A stretch of 64,000 nucleotides of DNA from a virus. Where the stretch lies: the IMG/VR virus record IMGVR_UViG_3300023176_006361, positions 1 through 64,000 of that record; one strand, 5' to 3'. The translations under genes were made by a program, and so were the position numbers. Positions 8,160 through 19,700 of this stretch are shown here, piece after piece. Within the stretch, counting starts at the first letter, position 1, and each line of letters starts with the position of its first letter. Below the pieces are notes generated by a model. The model did no database searches and was not told the origin of the DNA. It saw only the letters and a program-made list of their open reading frames with translations.

Positions 8160-11100
8160 TCATGCCTGAGATTCAGACCAGGAGACTCTAGCAGAAGCAA
8201 TAGTGTATCTTCTAGAAGTACTCTCGTAAGTATCGTCAGGGATAACGACAACAGTCAGAGTGTCAGGTCCGTTGGGGAAGGTATAATCTCCACCAAGGAT
8301 TGAGTTACCCAGAGTTGCAATTTCACCCAGTTCTTGAACTGTAGTATCGTTTGCATTTGCTCTGAACTCAAACAATGTAATTCCGTTAGAAACACGGTCA
8401 ATTAGTTTCGCGAATTCAGCATCTGTTGCGTGTGAGTGGAAGACTACCTGGGACAGTGCAGGAGAACCAACACCAGACCAGTTAGGTTGTGAAAGGTCAC
8501 CATTCAGAACCAGTCTAATTGTACAAGATTTTCTAGGATCCTGAGATTGCTGGTTGACTGATGCACCAACTGAGGTTCCACCGTCAGAGACGGTAATTGA
8601 GACTTGCTTCAACTGAAGTTGCATTCTGTTGATCAGATCTCTAGTACCAAGGTTACCAGTTACACCAGCATCAACTGATGGTGCAAGTCTAATCGACAGC
8701 ATTGGATATTCTCTGTTTGCCTGATCCTCGTCACCGTCTGACTTTTGGTTCAGCAGATATGTAGTATCCGATGATGCGGAGAACAAGTATGCCTTGTCAT
8801 CCTCGAACTGACCATCCATAATAACAGATGCACCCCAGTGGAACAGTGATGGAGAGAATCTAGCACCAGCAACTCTGTCACCAAGATTCGCTACCTCATA
8901 ACGTGCTGGCAGGTTACCAGATCTGAAGTATGCTTCAGTAAACTTGTTACTGTGTACATACTGGTGAGCGTAGAAGACCTTACCAAACTGATCCTTGAAT
9001 CCGTAGCGGATCTTACCACCACCATACCAGGAGTAGTCAATGTAGCACATCTGAAGTTTCTTCAGATCCATTTCAAATCCTGTTTGACCAGTACCATCAC
9101 ATCTGTCAATATTGAATTGGGATTGTGGGGTCTTAGTATCAACAGTCTTAGTCATAATGACATTTGATGATGATACGCCTTCATATGCCTTGGTCAGATA
9201 CAGTCTTGAATCTGAAACAACGAATGCGATTCTGTAAGATTGACCACGGATAACAACATAATCATCAGGAGCAAGTTGCTTAGTGAAGATTGTGTTTTGA
9301 CCATTTACGATCTGAGAACCCTTGGTGACAGTTATTTCACCAGCAGTTTGTTGAGTAGAAGATCTTCTAACTGCATAGAGATTCTGACCATCATACTCAA
9401 AGAAGAATCCATTTTGGTCATCAAACATACCAGCGCGAACAACTGAATTGATCCAACCGTTCTTATTGAGTGTTGGGAAACCAGATGGTGTTACATCTGA
9501 TGGAGATCCTGCAAGACTGTAGGTGAACGTAAAATCAGTCAGAACTGTAGCAACAGTTCCATTTTCAGTGTTGAAATAGTTAGTTCCAGTCGAAACAGAT
9601 GTGTCTCTCATAGAGATAGAGTCACCAGCTTCAAGGAAGTGTGGTCTTCTAGTTCTTACAGTTGCAATTGGGTCACCATTTCCATCAGTACCAGCAACAA
9701 TTGAACTTACTTCAATTGGTGGATTGAAGTTGGTTGCAGTTGAATACTGCAGACCTTTACCTGACTGATAACGGAAGTATCTTCTGGTTTGTCTGACAAT
9801 TGAAGAATCAGCAGATGCACCTGGGTTGATCTCAACACCACCATCAAATGGTCTATGTAGAGCATATGAAGTTGGTTTTACATACAGTGCTGTAGGCAGC
9901 AGATATGGTTCATTATTATAGTTTTCGGTAGCAATTGTGATCGAGTGCTCACTACCCTGACCAGTGGATGTAATATTGACTGGATTTGTAGAGTAAGCAG
10001 CTTGGCGATAAGAGTATGAGTTAGTACCGTTACCAGCTAACTTGAAGTAACCATTGCCCAAATTGATCAAGAAGTAGTTGCCATCTTTAGACAAACCAGC
10101 AATCGTTGAGTTATCTTCAGCATGTGAATAGATAACGCGAGTACCAGTCAACATTTGATCTGAGATATCATTACCATCTTCATCAAGGATGCCCAAGAAA
10201 TTTCCATTGGAATCAGATTTTCCAAAGAAGAAAATATCAGTGGATGGATCACAAATAGTAAGTGGAGTAGTCTCCTGTGGATCAAAAGATATAACAATAG
10301 GAGTTTGTGGTTCAAGTACTGTCATCTCATCCTCATCTGAGATTGAGGTGATAGTCGTAGGAACAACTCTGGATTCAATTCTATAGAATCTATGCTTATT
10401 ATAATATGTTGCGTTACCAGTTGAGTTTGCAAGCGTAATTGGGTTGATACCCTGTCTTGCTTCTTCTGGTGAATTGTGAAGAGTAAATTGATAATAGTTC
10501 AGTGGATTGATATGGTACATATTACCATCAACAAGACCACCATAATCAGTACTATTTGTGGCTGGGTCTACACCAGCTTCCAGTGCTTGCCACTTACCTT
10601 CATTTCTGTAGTGAACTGCATCAGCAATTTCAAAACCATGGCGGCTGCTACCAGGAACAGTAACGGTTGTACCACTAACGTTATTATAGCTGTAATAACC
10701 ATAACCATAGTTATAACCAATATAACGTTCGTCATCAATCAGAATTTCTTCACCTGGAGTATATTGGTTGATCATGTTAGTCTCAAGACCACCACCAGTC
10801 GTTACTGACTCGGTGTAGTCATTCAGACGCTTCCACCATGAATCGCGAACACTATTAGGAGGTGTTCTGCCAATATTATTATCATTTGAATAGTTATATC
10901 TCAAGTCATCATAGTTACCCTGTGAGTCTTGAGTTGCAACATAGTAATAGTCGATATTACCATGTGTATGTTGTACAACGTCCCCAGCAAAATATTCAGA
11001 AGTAGAGTTCCACTTACCTCTATCAACCGTACCTTTCAGCAGGTTGGTTGCAATTCTAATAAGGTGAAGTGATCCTGTACCTGGACCAAATAATCTTACC

Positions 11101-14100
11101 TGATTTCTTCTTCTGAATGCATCACCTCTATCTCTGTGGAATGAGATAATAGTGTTGCTCCATCTATGAATATAGTATCTCTCGCCAAATTCAAGACCAA
11201 CAATTGGAGTTGAACCTGAGTAACCATTATATTCAACGAAGTCACCAGAGTTGAATTCGTGAGAACCGATAGTAACATAGTTACTATAAGTATTTACGTT
11301 TGAGTTGGAAGAACCATCCCAAATTTTATCTTTGGTGGTATATGTCAGGAGACCATTACCAGTTTGCTCACCAAATACACTATTTGCATACAGAGTATGC
11401 TGAATATTATCGGTGGTTGTATTACCATAGTTATAGTATTCATCAATGTATATTCCTGATTGTGCATCAGCAAGAGTCAATGAAAGACCAAACCAGTTCT
11501 TAGAAATTCTATGAACGTAATATGCTGTATTATTTGACAGATAAGTGTACTGTGGTTGAGTTACAGGATCAGGAAGTCCATCTTGACCAATCTCAGTACC
11601 ACCAGCTGGAACTGTATAGAGAACAGTTGTACCCGTCTTCAAACCATGATCAGGAATATAGAATCTTCCCAGTTTCAGGTCAACAGTTTCTTGTGGATAG
11701 AATGAAAGTGTCTTACCAAAAATTTGAGTTGGTGCTTGCATTCCATAAGAAAGACCATTCGCATCTCTAGATGTAATCTTGAATGAACCATCAATTGTAC
11801 CTCTAGAAGAAGTATCTTCAAAATAATGGTTTGGTGTAGATGTCGCAGAACCACCTGACATGTTCAATGTCAAACCATTATATGTTGTTGATAACTGGAA
11901 TCTATCTGTAGTAGCATTCTTTACATAGTAAGTAGATCCATTTTGAAGACCACCGATAACTGGGTTACCATTTGAGTTATATCTAATCGAAGATCCTTCA
12001 GTGAAACCATGACTAGGAATATATAATGTATCCTCATAAGGGTTATCAATGTTTTCTCCTCTGAACTTATGACGGAAGTTTGTTCCATCACCACTAAAGG
12101 TAGTAATATTAATAATATTTGAAGTAGCGTTTTGTTGATTGACTTGGTTAGTGCTGCCAGGTTGACTATTGGATGTTGAAGACGATGCCAGTGTTACTCT
12201 GAAGTGATTATTAGTAACAGGAATCATCCAATACCAATAGTTAGCAGTCATACCACCAACAGCGCCACCAGTGGAGTTCTGAGCATCGAAACGATACTTC
12301 AACCAGTAGTTTGGCTCACCATCTTCATTGAAATCAAAACCGTGTTGAGGCGAGAACCAAGTGTTTGAAGTTGAAAGTTCTTCAATTTTCAGGACGAAGC
12401 AGTTTTCAACGTTTGCCCATCCTGTGATATCAACCAGAGGACCATTTGGAGTTCTGGATACTGAGAATTCAAAGTTGTTTGTAGAAACACCAGTGTTGAT
12501 AGAAGGGAATCTGACATAGTAGATTCTATCCTTCATATTCTGATCCCAGTTGTTATTGGTCTCAGTAATACCACCAGGAACTCCACTCTGAGAGAAGAAT
12601 ACTACCTTGTCTCCTTCTACAAAGTTTACAGTTGAGTGCTCACAAATAATTCTGTTTCTAGTTGCATATGAAGTACTTGTTTGTGCTCCACCCGATGCAG
12701 TGTTGTTTACTCCTTGAGCAAGTTTGATTGCAGGCCACAGAGAATATGGAGTACCCCAAGTATAAAGGTTTCCTTGAGATGTAATGTTCAACTGACCACC
12801 AACACCAGGACCATAGTATGGACCAGTATGTCCAGGATCTCTAGATGAGAATGAAGTTGTCAGACGAATAGTATCAGCATCAACATACTTGACATAGTAG
12901 CAATAACCATTAGACATACCACCTGGAGTGCCATTAGGCGAAGGTCCAGAAACAAAGACTACTGGTTGACCATCTTTGAATTCGTGACGAGGAATCTTGA
13001 TGGTATCTGCTGAAACATCAATAGACTCTGGGAAGAAATATCTTTGCTTTCTACCATATCCAGCAACTAATGGATCGCCAACTTCAACAATATCATATTC
13101 ATATGGATTGAGAAGCGTTGAAGAATAACCTCTACCAAACAGCGTCATCTCCAACTGAGTAGCAGCTTGGTTTGCATCAGTCAGGGTAAATGAAACTGGA
13201 TTACTTCCTGCACAGTTTGATGCACTACTTGCAAGTTGATAATTTTCATCATCAATTCTAATTACATAGTAAATACCGTTACCTGGGTTTGTTGATCTAG
13301 CGTCAGTACCAGTTTGACCTGCTGCCGTAAATCCAGTAACGTTACCATTTCTATATCTCAAGAACATCATGTCGCCTGTTACCAGACCATGATTTGCTAC
13401 TGCACCATTTACATAGTGTGTGATGGTATTAGTACTTGAATTCATGTAGCCTGCATTTGCTACCAGGAACTGCTCAGTATCATTACCACCTGGCTCCCAC
13501 AGCGTCATTGCTGTAGTTTCATATTGGTTGATATCTTCTGACCAGTCAACTGCACCACCTGAAGTGAATGCTCTACCATCAAACTCCTTTCTTCTTACAG
13601 CAATAGAGTTTGTAATGTAGAATTCTGTACCAATTGCAAAGTTGGTTTCTACTGGAGTTGTGATTGTCAGGGTACTTTGTGCTGCCTGATCAGTCGTAAC
13701 AGCAGAGTAATTACCAAGATTTAGTTTTGATCCAACATAGAATCTACCAATAATAACGTTGGTGTAAACTGTAAAGAGATCTCCAGAAGATTGGATTGGT
13801 CTAGATGCTTCATAGATGAAAGTTTTATCATCTGGAATTGACTTGATGATAAATGTTCCTTCTGCTGAAATATCTTTCAGACCTCTGATGTCAAGGGGAA
13901 TGCCGTTGACAAGACCGTGAAGTGATTTGGTTGTAACAGTAACTTCTGTTGATCCTGCTGTCGCTGTTACTGATGAAATATCTTCCAGAGGGACATCTCC
14001 TGAGGAAGAATAGAAAGATGGAATTTGATGAATTCTCTCAAGAGTTTCCCACTTAGTTGACTGAAGACCATATTCAAAGTCAGTATCAATCAGAGTATTT

Positions 14101-14432
14101 GGGTTAGAAACTCTGAGCTTACTAACTGGATCGACAAAAGTCTCAGTAGGTTTGAACTCTGCTCCCTCTTCATCAATAAAGATCTGAAGTTTGTCAGTAT
14201 CTGCATGAGCTGCAGTTACCGTATCAAAGTTCAGAGTATAAGTAGTTTGATCTGAATCAATGCTATACGCCGTACTAGTAATCCTTAGGTCAGGATCACC
14301 TAATGCGTAGATTGTTGTGCCGCGTGTAGCATTATTGATAAACAGTAACTTCTTCAGATCAACATGACCATTGATAGTTACTGTTTGCGCCGAAGCGTCA
14401 AATACGTAATCGTAAAGTAATTTTTTTGCCAT
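8160..14432 (-). CDS. Large virion structural/fibre protein (2090 aa) with ~9 internal beta repeats
   Basis: Repeats of type HG(F/L)..G..V.Y...GG...G..YYV......F.L; a CBM5/12-like W...Y..GDVV segment; conserved-looking RQTRRYFRYQSGKG / GMFDDQNGFFFEYDG C-terminal domain. Confidence 0.85.
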   Translation of the reverse strand: MAKKLLYDYVFDASAQTVTINGHVDLKKLLFINNATRGTTIYALGDPDLRITSTAYSIDSDQTTYTLNFDTVTAAHADTDKLQIFIDEEGAEFKPTETFVDPVSKLRVSNPNTLIDTDFEYGLQSTKWETLERIHQIPSFYSSSGDVPLEDISSVTATAGSTEVTVTTKSLHGLVNGIPLDIRGLKDISAEGTFIIKSIPDDKTFIYEASRPIQSSGDLFTVYTNVIIGRFYVGSKLNLGNYSAVTTDQAAQSTLTITTPVETNFAIGTEFYITNSIAVRRKEFDGRAFTSGGAVDWSEDINQYETTAMTLWEPGGNDTEQFLVANAGYMNSSTNTITHYVNGAVANHGLVTGDMMFLRYRNGNVTGFTAAGQTGTDARSTNPGNGIYYVIRIDDENYQLASSASNCAGSNPVSFTLTDANQAATQLEMTLFGRGYSSTLLNPYEYDIVEVGDPLVAGYGRKQRYFFPESIDVSADTIKIPRHEFKDGQPVVFVSGPSPNGTPGGMSNGYCYYVKYVDADTIRLTTSFSSRDPGHTGPYYGPGVGGQLNITSQGNLYTWGTPYSLWPAIKLAQGVNNTASGGAQTSTSYATRNRIICEHSTVNFVEGDKVVFFSQSGVPGGITETNNNWDQNMKDRIYYVRFPSINTGVSTNNFEFSVSRTPNGPLVDITGWANVENCFVLKIEELSTSNTWFSPQHGFDFNEDGEPNYWLKYRFDAQNSTGGAVGGMTANYWYWMIPVTNNHFRVTLASSSTSNSQPGSTNQVNQQNATSNIINITTFSGDGTNFRHKFRGENIDNPYEDTLYIPSHGFTEGSSIRYNSNGNPVIGGLQNGSTYYVKNATTDRFQLSTTYNGLTLNMSGGSATSTPNHYFEDTSSRGTIDGSFKITSRDANGLSYGMQAPTQIFGKTLSFYPQETVDLKLGRFYIPDHGLKTGTTVLYTVPAGGTEIGQDGLPDPVTQPQYTYLSNNTAYYVHRISKNWFGLSLTLADAQSGIYIDEYYNYGNTTTDNIQHTLYANSVFGEQTGNGLLTYTTKDKIWDGSSNSNVNTYSNYVTIGSHEFNSGDFVEYNGYSGSTPIVGLEFGERYYIHRWSNTIISFHRDRGDAFRRRNQVRLFGPGTGSLHLIRIATNLLKGTVDRGKWNSTSEYFAGDVVQHTHGNIDYYYVATQDSQGNYDDLRYNYSNDNNIGRTPPNSVRDSWWKRLNDYTESVTTGGGLETNMINQYTPGEEILIDDERYIGYNYGYGYYSYNNVSGTTVTVPGSSRHGFEIADAVHYRNEGKWQALEAGVDPATNSTDYGGLVDGNMYHINPLNYYQFTLHNSPEEARQGINPITLANSTGNATYYNKHRFYRIESRVVPTTITSISDEDEMTVLEPQTPIVISFDPQETTPLTICDPSTDIFFFGKSDSNGNFLGILDEDGNDISDQMLTGTRVIYSHAEDNSTIAGLSKDGNYFLINLGNGYFKLAGNGTNSYSYRQAAYSTNPVNITSTGQGSEHSITIATENYNNEPYLLPTALYVKPTSYALHRPFDGGVEINPGASADSSIVRQTRRYFRYQSGKGLQYSTATNFNPPIEVSSIVAGTDGNGDPIATVRTRRPHFLEAGDSISMRDTSVSTGTNYFNTENGTVATVLTDFTFTYSLAGSPSDVTPSGFPTLNKNGWINSVVRAGMFDDQNGFFFEYDGQNLYAVRRSSTQQTAGEITVTKGSQIVNGQNTIFTKQLAPDDYVVIRGQSYRIAFVVSDSRLYLTKAYEGVSSSNVIMTKTVDTKTPQSQFNIDRCDGTGQTGFEMDLKKLQMCYIDYSWYGGGKIRYGFKDQFGKVFYAHQYVHSNKFTEAYFRSGNLPARYEVANLGDRVAGARFSPSLFHWGASVIMDGQFEDDKAYLFSASSDTTYLLNQKSDGDEDQANREYPMLSIRLAPSVDAGVTGNLGTRDLINRMQLQLKQVSITVSDGGTSVGASVNQQSQDPRKSCTIRLVLNGDLSQPNWSGVGSPALSQVVFHSHATDAEFAKLIDRVSNGITLFEFRANANDTTVQELGEIATLGNSILGGDYTFPNGPDTLTVVVIPDDTYESTSRRYTIASARVSWSESQA

Positions 14433-14484
14433 TTTTCTTTCCTAGGTCTTTATTGTCAGAGGGAGGGAGAGAGAGAATTATTGA

Positions 14485-15378
14485 TTAGATACCAAAGGTA
14501 ATTGCATATCCAAGTGCTTTGACTGAAAGTGCTTGGAGTTGATCTTGAGTAACCAATGATGCTGAATTAGTACCTTCAGTGAAAAGTTCCCAATTAGACG
14601 AAGAAGTCAAGGGATCATTGTTGGTTGATTCTAAGATATTTATATAAGTACTAGGTGCGCGGAAAGCAACATCACCTGGATAATAGGTGGTTCCCGCACT
14701 CCAAACACCTTTCCAAGAGAATCCTTCAAGTACCAGATCCCAGGAAGTTTGACCTGGCTGGTTTGGTGCTACGCCAACAGTCGTTGTTTTTGCAGTGTAT
14801 GCATATCCACCAAACTGGACTACGTTACCAGGAGCGTATGTAACCAATGGATCATACGTTCCAATAACAGAGAAACCAGTTGTCAAAATGTCCCAAAAAT
14901 CATTGGGGGCATTCAAATACTGGTTTGGTTGTCTATTGTTATTTGCCTGCTTTGCAATGTAAGTATATCCACCAAAAGAAACAATGTCTCCTGGTTGATA
15001 TGCTGATAAGTTATTCCAACTATCTTCAAATTGGAAACCACCAACATACTCTGAGAAGTTTGCCGCAGCAAATGCGGAAGTAGAAGAGTGTGCAGTAGTT
15101 ACTAAGTAAAGAGTGTTTCCAAATTTTACTACGTCATTGAGACGATAGAAAGTATTCTGTGCCCATTCACCAACGTTGCGTACACCCTCAAGATGAAGCG
15201 CCCAATTAGATAAATCGTTGGAATACCAATCAGTAGCTGCTGCAGTTGACGTATGGTTTGTAGTACAAACGTAACTGTTTGCACCAAACTTGACGATATC
15301 GTCGATGACATATGCAGTGCCACCAACCCAATCACCTTTCCACTTGAATTTTAATCTGCCAAGTCTAAAATCTGCCAT
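14485..15378 (-). CDS. Virion protein with five CBM5/12 (chitin-binding-like) repeats (297 aa)
   Basis: Five W/Y....Y...D.V.FG...Y repeats; hydrophobic C-terminus ALGYAITFGI. Confidence 0.8.
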   Translation of the reverse strand: MADFRLGRLKFKWKGDWVGGTAYVIDDIVKFGANSYVCTTNHTSTAAATDWYSNDLSNWALHLEGVRNVGEWAQNTFYRLNDVVKFGNTLYLVTTAHSSTSAFAAANFSEYVGGFQFEDSWNNLSAYQPGDIVSFGGYTYIAKQANNNRQPNQYLNAPNDFWDILTTGFSVIGTYDPLVTYAPGNVVQFGGYAYTAKTTTVGVAPNQPGQTSWDLVLEGFSWKGVWSAGTTYYPGDVAFRAPSTYINILESTNNDPLTSSSNWELFTEGTNSASLVTQDQLQALSVKALGYAITFGI

Positions 15379-15383
15379 TGTTG

Positions 15384-15758
15384 TTACTTAGGTCCGTTTG
15401 TGTTGTAATCGTAAGTTTGTCCCATACGGGCAACTAAAAATCCATCGTCATCGATGAAATAGGAAAGATTTCTAGAATCGAAACGATACTGAAAGTATGG
15501 ATCGATATCTGGATCTTGTACTACTGGATTGCCATTCGCATCAACTGTATAGTCATCAAGAGTGCGGAAAATAGGTTCTCCATTAGAGTCAAGTTTTGGT
15601 TGACTAATAAGATCAATCACATCATTATCATCGCCTGTGACTTTGGTGTATGTGAGCATACCGTCAGCATCGCGATCCATGGCATGGAAGTCCCAAGAGA
15701 CATTTCCGCCTCCGCCTCCACCTCCTCTTGCTGTAATGTCTGCTAGATTGATTGCCAT
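15384..15758 (-). CDS. Hypothetical virion/adaptor protein (124 aa)
   Basis: Tightly packed in the fibre cluster; poly-Gly linker after a short N-terminal segment. Confidence 0.75.
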   Translation of the reverse strand: MAINLADITARGGGGGGGNVSWDFHAMDRDADGMLTYTKVTGDDNDVIDLISQPKLDSNGEPIFRTLDDYTVDANGNPVVQDPDIDPYFQYRFDSRNLSYFIDDDGFLVARMGQTYDYNTNGPK

Positions 15759-15759
15759 T

Positions 15760-16704
15760 TTATGTTACAATTTTCCAGTTGGTTCCATTATATACTAATA
15801 AAACTTCCCAACCATCTGAATCTAAAATTAGCTGTGAATCTTGAGTATTCAAATAGTCAAGGAAATCCGCGCCAGTGGCACTAGAGTCAATAGTAATATT
15901 ATTTATACTCCATTGATTTGTTACATCAACAAATCTAATAAAATCTCCTACGGAAGGTGTTGCTGTCATGTCAATTTGATAGACACCTGCCGTGCTGTCT
16001 AACATATAATTTGAATTATATGTATTTGTAGTTCCGTCAATAGTAAATGCTCCAGTCTTTACCGCGACACCATAGTTGACATAAGATAAGACTGTTTCTT
16101 TATTTAGAAGCGGAACCCACGTAACTACACTATTTACAAGTTTTGTCAGATAGTAATCACCGTTACCATCTGCAGCAAATTGACCAACTCTTTGAGCAGT
16201 TGGGAGACTTGCTGCACCCAGATTCAATTTATCTGGAGTGATCGCTCCGTCAACAATTTTATTTTCCGTGACGGCATCATCTAAAATTTTAGATGAGTTA
16301 ATTGAGTTGTTAGCTAGTTTATCTGCCGTCACAGATAGGTTAGCTAACTTAGATGTTGTGATATTTCCGTCTAAGATTTTCGCAGCGATGATACTACCAT
16401 CACTGACTGTTCCGATGTCTAGTCGATCACCGAAGATAACAGCAAAGAATGTATCGTTCGTTGCTGGAGCTGTGGTGAACTCAATCAGATCGTTATTGAT
16501 ATTATAGTCAGTCGCAGGTTCAAGAACAGCACCGTTCAGAACTGCCATCACCTGAAACGCACCTGGATATACAGGGTCACCTGAAACTCTCAAATAGAAA
16601 TCAGTAGAAGATCCGTTGAATCCAGACCCTCCACCAAATCTATCTAACGGAAAATCAATCTTTCTTTGATTACCAGTCTTTGGTATATTACCAATATATG
16701 CCAT
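15760..16704 (-). CDS. Tail-fibre-associated protein (314 aa) with gp9/gp10-like C-terminal domain
   Basis: MAYIG N-terminus; VLNG..LEP..DY.I...I.F..AP domain; 10-aa (D.SVT..KL) repeats; C-terminal ..DST.G.Y.I....TPSVGD.I.FVD....W..NNITI...LVYNGTNWKI. Confidence 0.8.
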   Translation of the reverse strand: MAYIGNIPKTGNQRKIDFPLDRFGGGSGFNGSSTDFYLRVSGDPVYPGAFQVMAVLNGAVLEPATDYNINNDLIEFTTAPATNDTFFAVIFGDRLDIGTVSDGSIIAAKILDGNITTSKLANLSVTADKLANNSINSSKILDDAVTENKIVDGAITPDKLNLGAASLPTAQRVGQFAADGNGDYYLTKLVNSVVTWVPLLNKETVLSYVNYGVAVKTGAFTIDGTTNTYNSNYMLDSTAGVYQIDMTATPSVGDFIRFVDVTNQWSINNITIDSSATGADFLDYLNTQDSQLILDSDGWEVLLVYNGTNWKIVT

Positions 16705-16717
16705 GGCTTTTTGTTTC

Positions 16718-16725
16718 TATTTATG
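16718..16725 (-). promoter_or_regulatory. T4-type late promoter (CATAAATA)
   Basis: Intergenic, 14 nt upstream of the ATG at 16704. Confidence 0.7.
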
Positions 16726-16738
16726 GTTAGAGTTCAAA

Positions 16739-19700
16739 TTATCTTGCTCTACTGTTAGAACCGAATGCTTCTTTAGACCAAGCAAAGTACACATAAGTTC
16801 TACCACTAAAGTCAGTTGCTCCACTAGATCCTTTCCTCAGTTTGAATCCATCAGCTAAGAAATCTACATACCTGTTATTAGCAGAGGTTGTTTCTACAGC
16901 ATTTGTATGACAATATATTGAATTTACTATAGTGTTGCGGGAGTCTCTAGAGTCATTCCACATAACCCATTCTTGAAAATCTGTATCATAAGACTTGACT
17001 ATGACGACAGCTGGACGGAAACCACACGATACATATGTACCGTTGTCATCTCCTGATCCAGGATATGTTCCAATACTAAAAAGTCCAGGAACACTGTGCC
17101 AATTATATGCAATCCAATCTTCAGAAGCATTTCCTAAATATCCTGATGAAACTGTAGTAGCATTTGCAGCAAATGATGATGTATTTGTTGCATCATCATT
17201 TAGTAACATATAACCATTGATAGTATTGGTATTGAATCTCCAATACCAATCACCAGCATCATCAAGTCTTTTTACGAGAGATACTTCTGGTGGTTTTGAA
17301 AGTCCATGAGCAATTACTTGGGAGGAACCGTTTACAGTATATTTGATAATAGAAAAACCATTTGTAGTTGATACTGAAGATCCTGTTATTGTAGAAGTTG
17401 AACCAGTCAATCCCGCAGCAGATGCAGTAGCATATCCAACACCGTCTTTATTGAAGGTATTAGCACTGCCACCAGCGGATAACCCCCAAGCAACGTATTT
17501 ATGATTATCAGCATTTACTGTATCATGTGTTCCTACAGTAACTTTTCCAACTCCATTACCAGTAACTCTTCCAGATCCCTCGGCCCAGTTTCCATTAGGG
17601 TAAGAATGTGACCAACTTCTTACACTATCAGCAATAATCTGATCGGTGCTATCAACATTAGTGCATTTGATCCACACAAAGTCTGGTTCTGTTTGCATAT
17701 CTAAATGCACTGACCTACCAGATACTCCATTACCATCATAATAAGCTGTTCCAACATAATCATTTGCATCAATGCCCACCTTATCATCAATATTTGCAGA
17801 ATTTAGAGACTTATATCCAGTTGGTGCAGGATAAAGAAATCTCTTAGACCCAAAATTGAAATGTCCACTCAAATCTCCACCACCATTTACTTGATGTATA
17901 CCTGGGGTATATCCATGAAACTCAGGGGCGGACCTCAAAGATGAAATGTCAATTGCTCCTTGAGATGTCCCGTTTTTATAGAAAACTACAGAATCATTAT
18001 CAGCATCTAAAGCAATACCAATTACGTCATATTTATTAAAAGTATCTCCATAAGCAGTACCAGCACCACTATTCAGAACCTTCTTATCACCGTCCATATG
18101 ATAACTTACACCCTTATCTCTCGCAGTATCTTTACTTGGGTTGATACCAATCATAGCTGCAGTAGCATAATCAGTATTGGCAGCTGAATCATGAATAACT
18201 TCCCAATAATATTTTCCAGAAAATACAGTAGTGTTTGCACACGAAACTGTATTAGGACTATTTGATATTGTAAATTTCAGACCACCTTGTGAAATTACAT
18301 AAACATCATCTGTACTCTTGATATTGTATTGGTCAAGAAGAACCGCATAATTTCCTGAAATTTCTCCACCAATTCCAGTATCTAATGTGGTGTCTCCTGA
18401 AGTTGGACTGTCTTTAGTAAAGTCATTATATTGAGCATCATATCCAATCAAAGTTTTTCTAGTGCCATCAGATAATGTAATACGAATGTCCACTACTGAT
18501 GCGCCACCACCATTATTGGATCTCCACCCCATTTTTGTAAATGTTACAGCAGATCCACTATAAATTTGGTTCCAAGTTGGAGAAGATCCTGAAATAGCGA
18601 CCCATCCAGTATCTCCTCCAGTGTAATATGCTTTTGCCTCCTGAAAGCCATCATAACCCATTCTTGTTTCAATTTTGGTTACATCACTAATTGCTGTTCC
18701 AAACTGATATGAAGATTCTGTGTTATCGCCAGGAGCTGCACACCAACCAGTGGTAGCACGACCAGAAAATAATCCCCATTCTGGATATCTGAAATCTGGA
18801 ATTCTCCAATTTCCAGATGTTACTCCACCACCATAATATCCATTGCCCACCTTATGCCCAGTGCTATGAACATGATTTTCTCTGCCAGAACTATCTTTTC
18901 CAATTTGGAATCCATCTGTTGCTAAAACCATATCGTTTCCAGTAACATCAGCACTGGCAAGTTTTAGATGATATGAATTATTATGTGCTTTCATATTGTA
19001 TACTCTAAAGTTAGAGTACTTATATGTTCCACCAAGACCACTATTGCCATTTGTGATACCGATGTATCTACCCGTTAAATTGTTTGATGCTACATCAAAA
19101 CTAATTTGACCAAAACCTTTACCAGAATCAAACTGCCCAACAAAGTTAGGCACTACAGTAGTACTACATCCACTATTACAAATACTGCTACCAGTATTAG
19201 TTCCTCCAGAATGGAAGGCGATAAAGTTTGCTGTTGGGTCGCCACTTTGACCATCCATTTCCACATCAACAATAATTCTAGTGAATGGTGCGCTTGCAAC
19301 ACCAGTATCTACCCACCAAATTTTGTCATAACCAACAGCAGCTGATGTAGAAGATGATGCTTCAGAATCATTCCATGACTGGTTTGAGTTTGCAGTATCT
19401 AACCTATAAGAAGAATTTTCATCTACATATGAAGTACCATCATGCAAAGTATATCCATTGACTTCCACTGCATGTAAATAAATTCCTCCCAATCCTAAAT
19501 TATCAGTAGTGTTATAAGTTGTTCCAGCAAACTGAATTTCATTGATACTAGAATGTACTCCACAGTCTATCCAATATGGATTGGCATCAGAATAAATATC
19601 ACTTACTTTAGTCCCATTGACATAAATTTTATATGCAGAACCACTAACTAACAATCTCAGTTTTCCACTGAGACCAAGCGTACTGGTGTCCCAAGTCACA

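Noticed and set aside
14461-14476. Purine tract gggagggagagagaga in an intergenic region (also the G7 run at 44172-44178)
   Set aside because: No convincing hairpin with the downstream SD and no evidence for phase variation; too short to support a claim.
14637-15907. Intragenic TATAAATA matches at 14637-14644 and 15900-15907
   Set aside because: 140-200 nt from the next start, inside AT-rich coding sequence; could be chance, so not listed as promoters.
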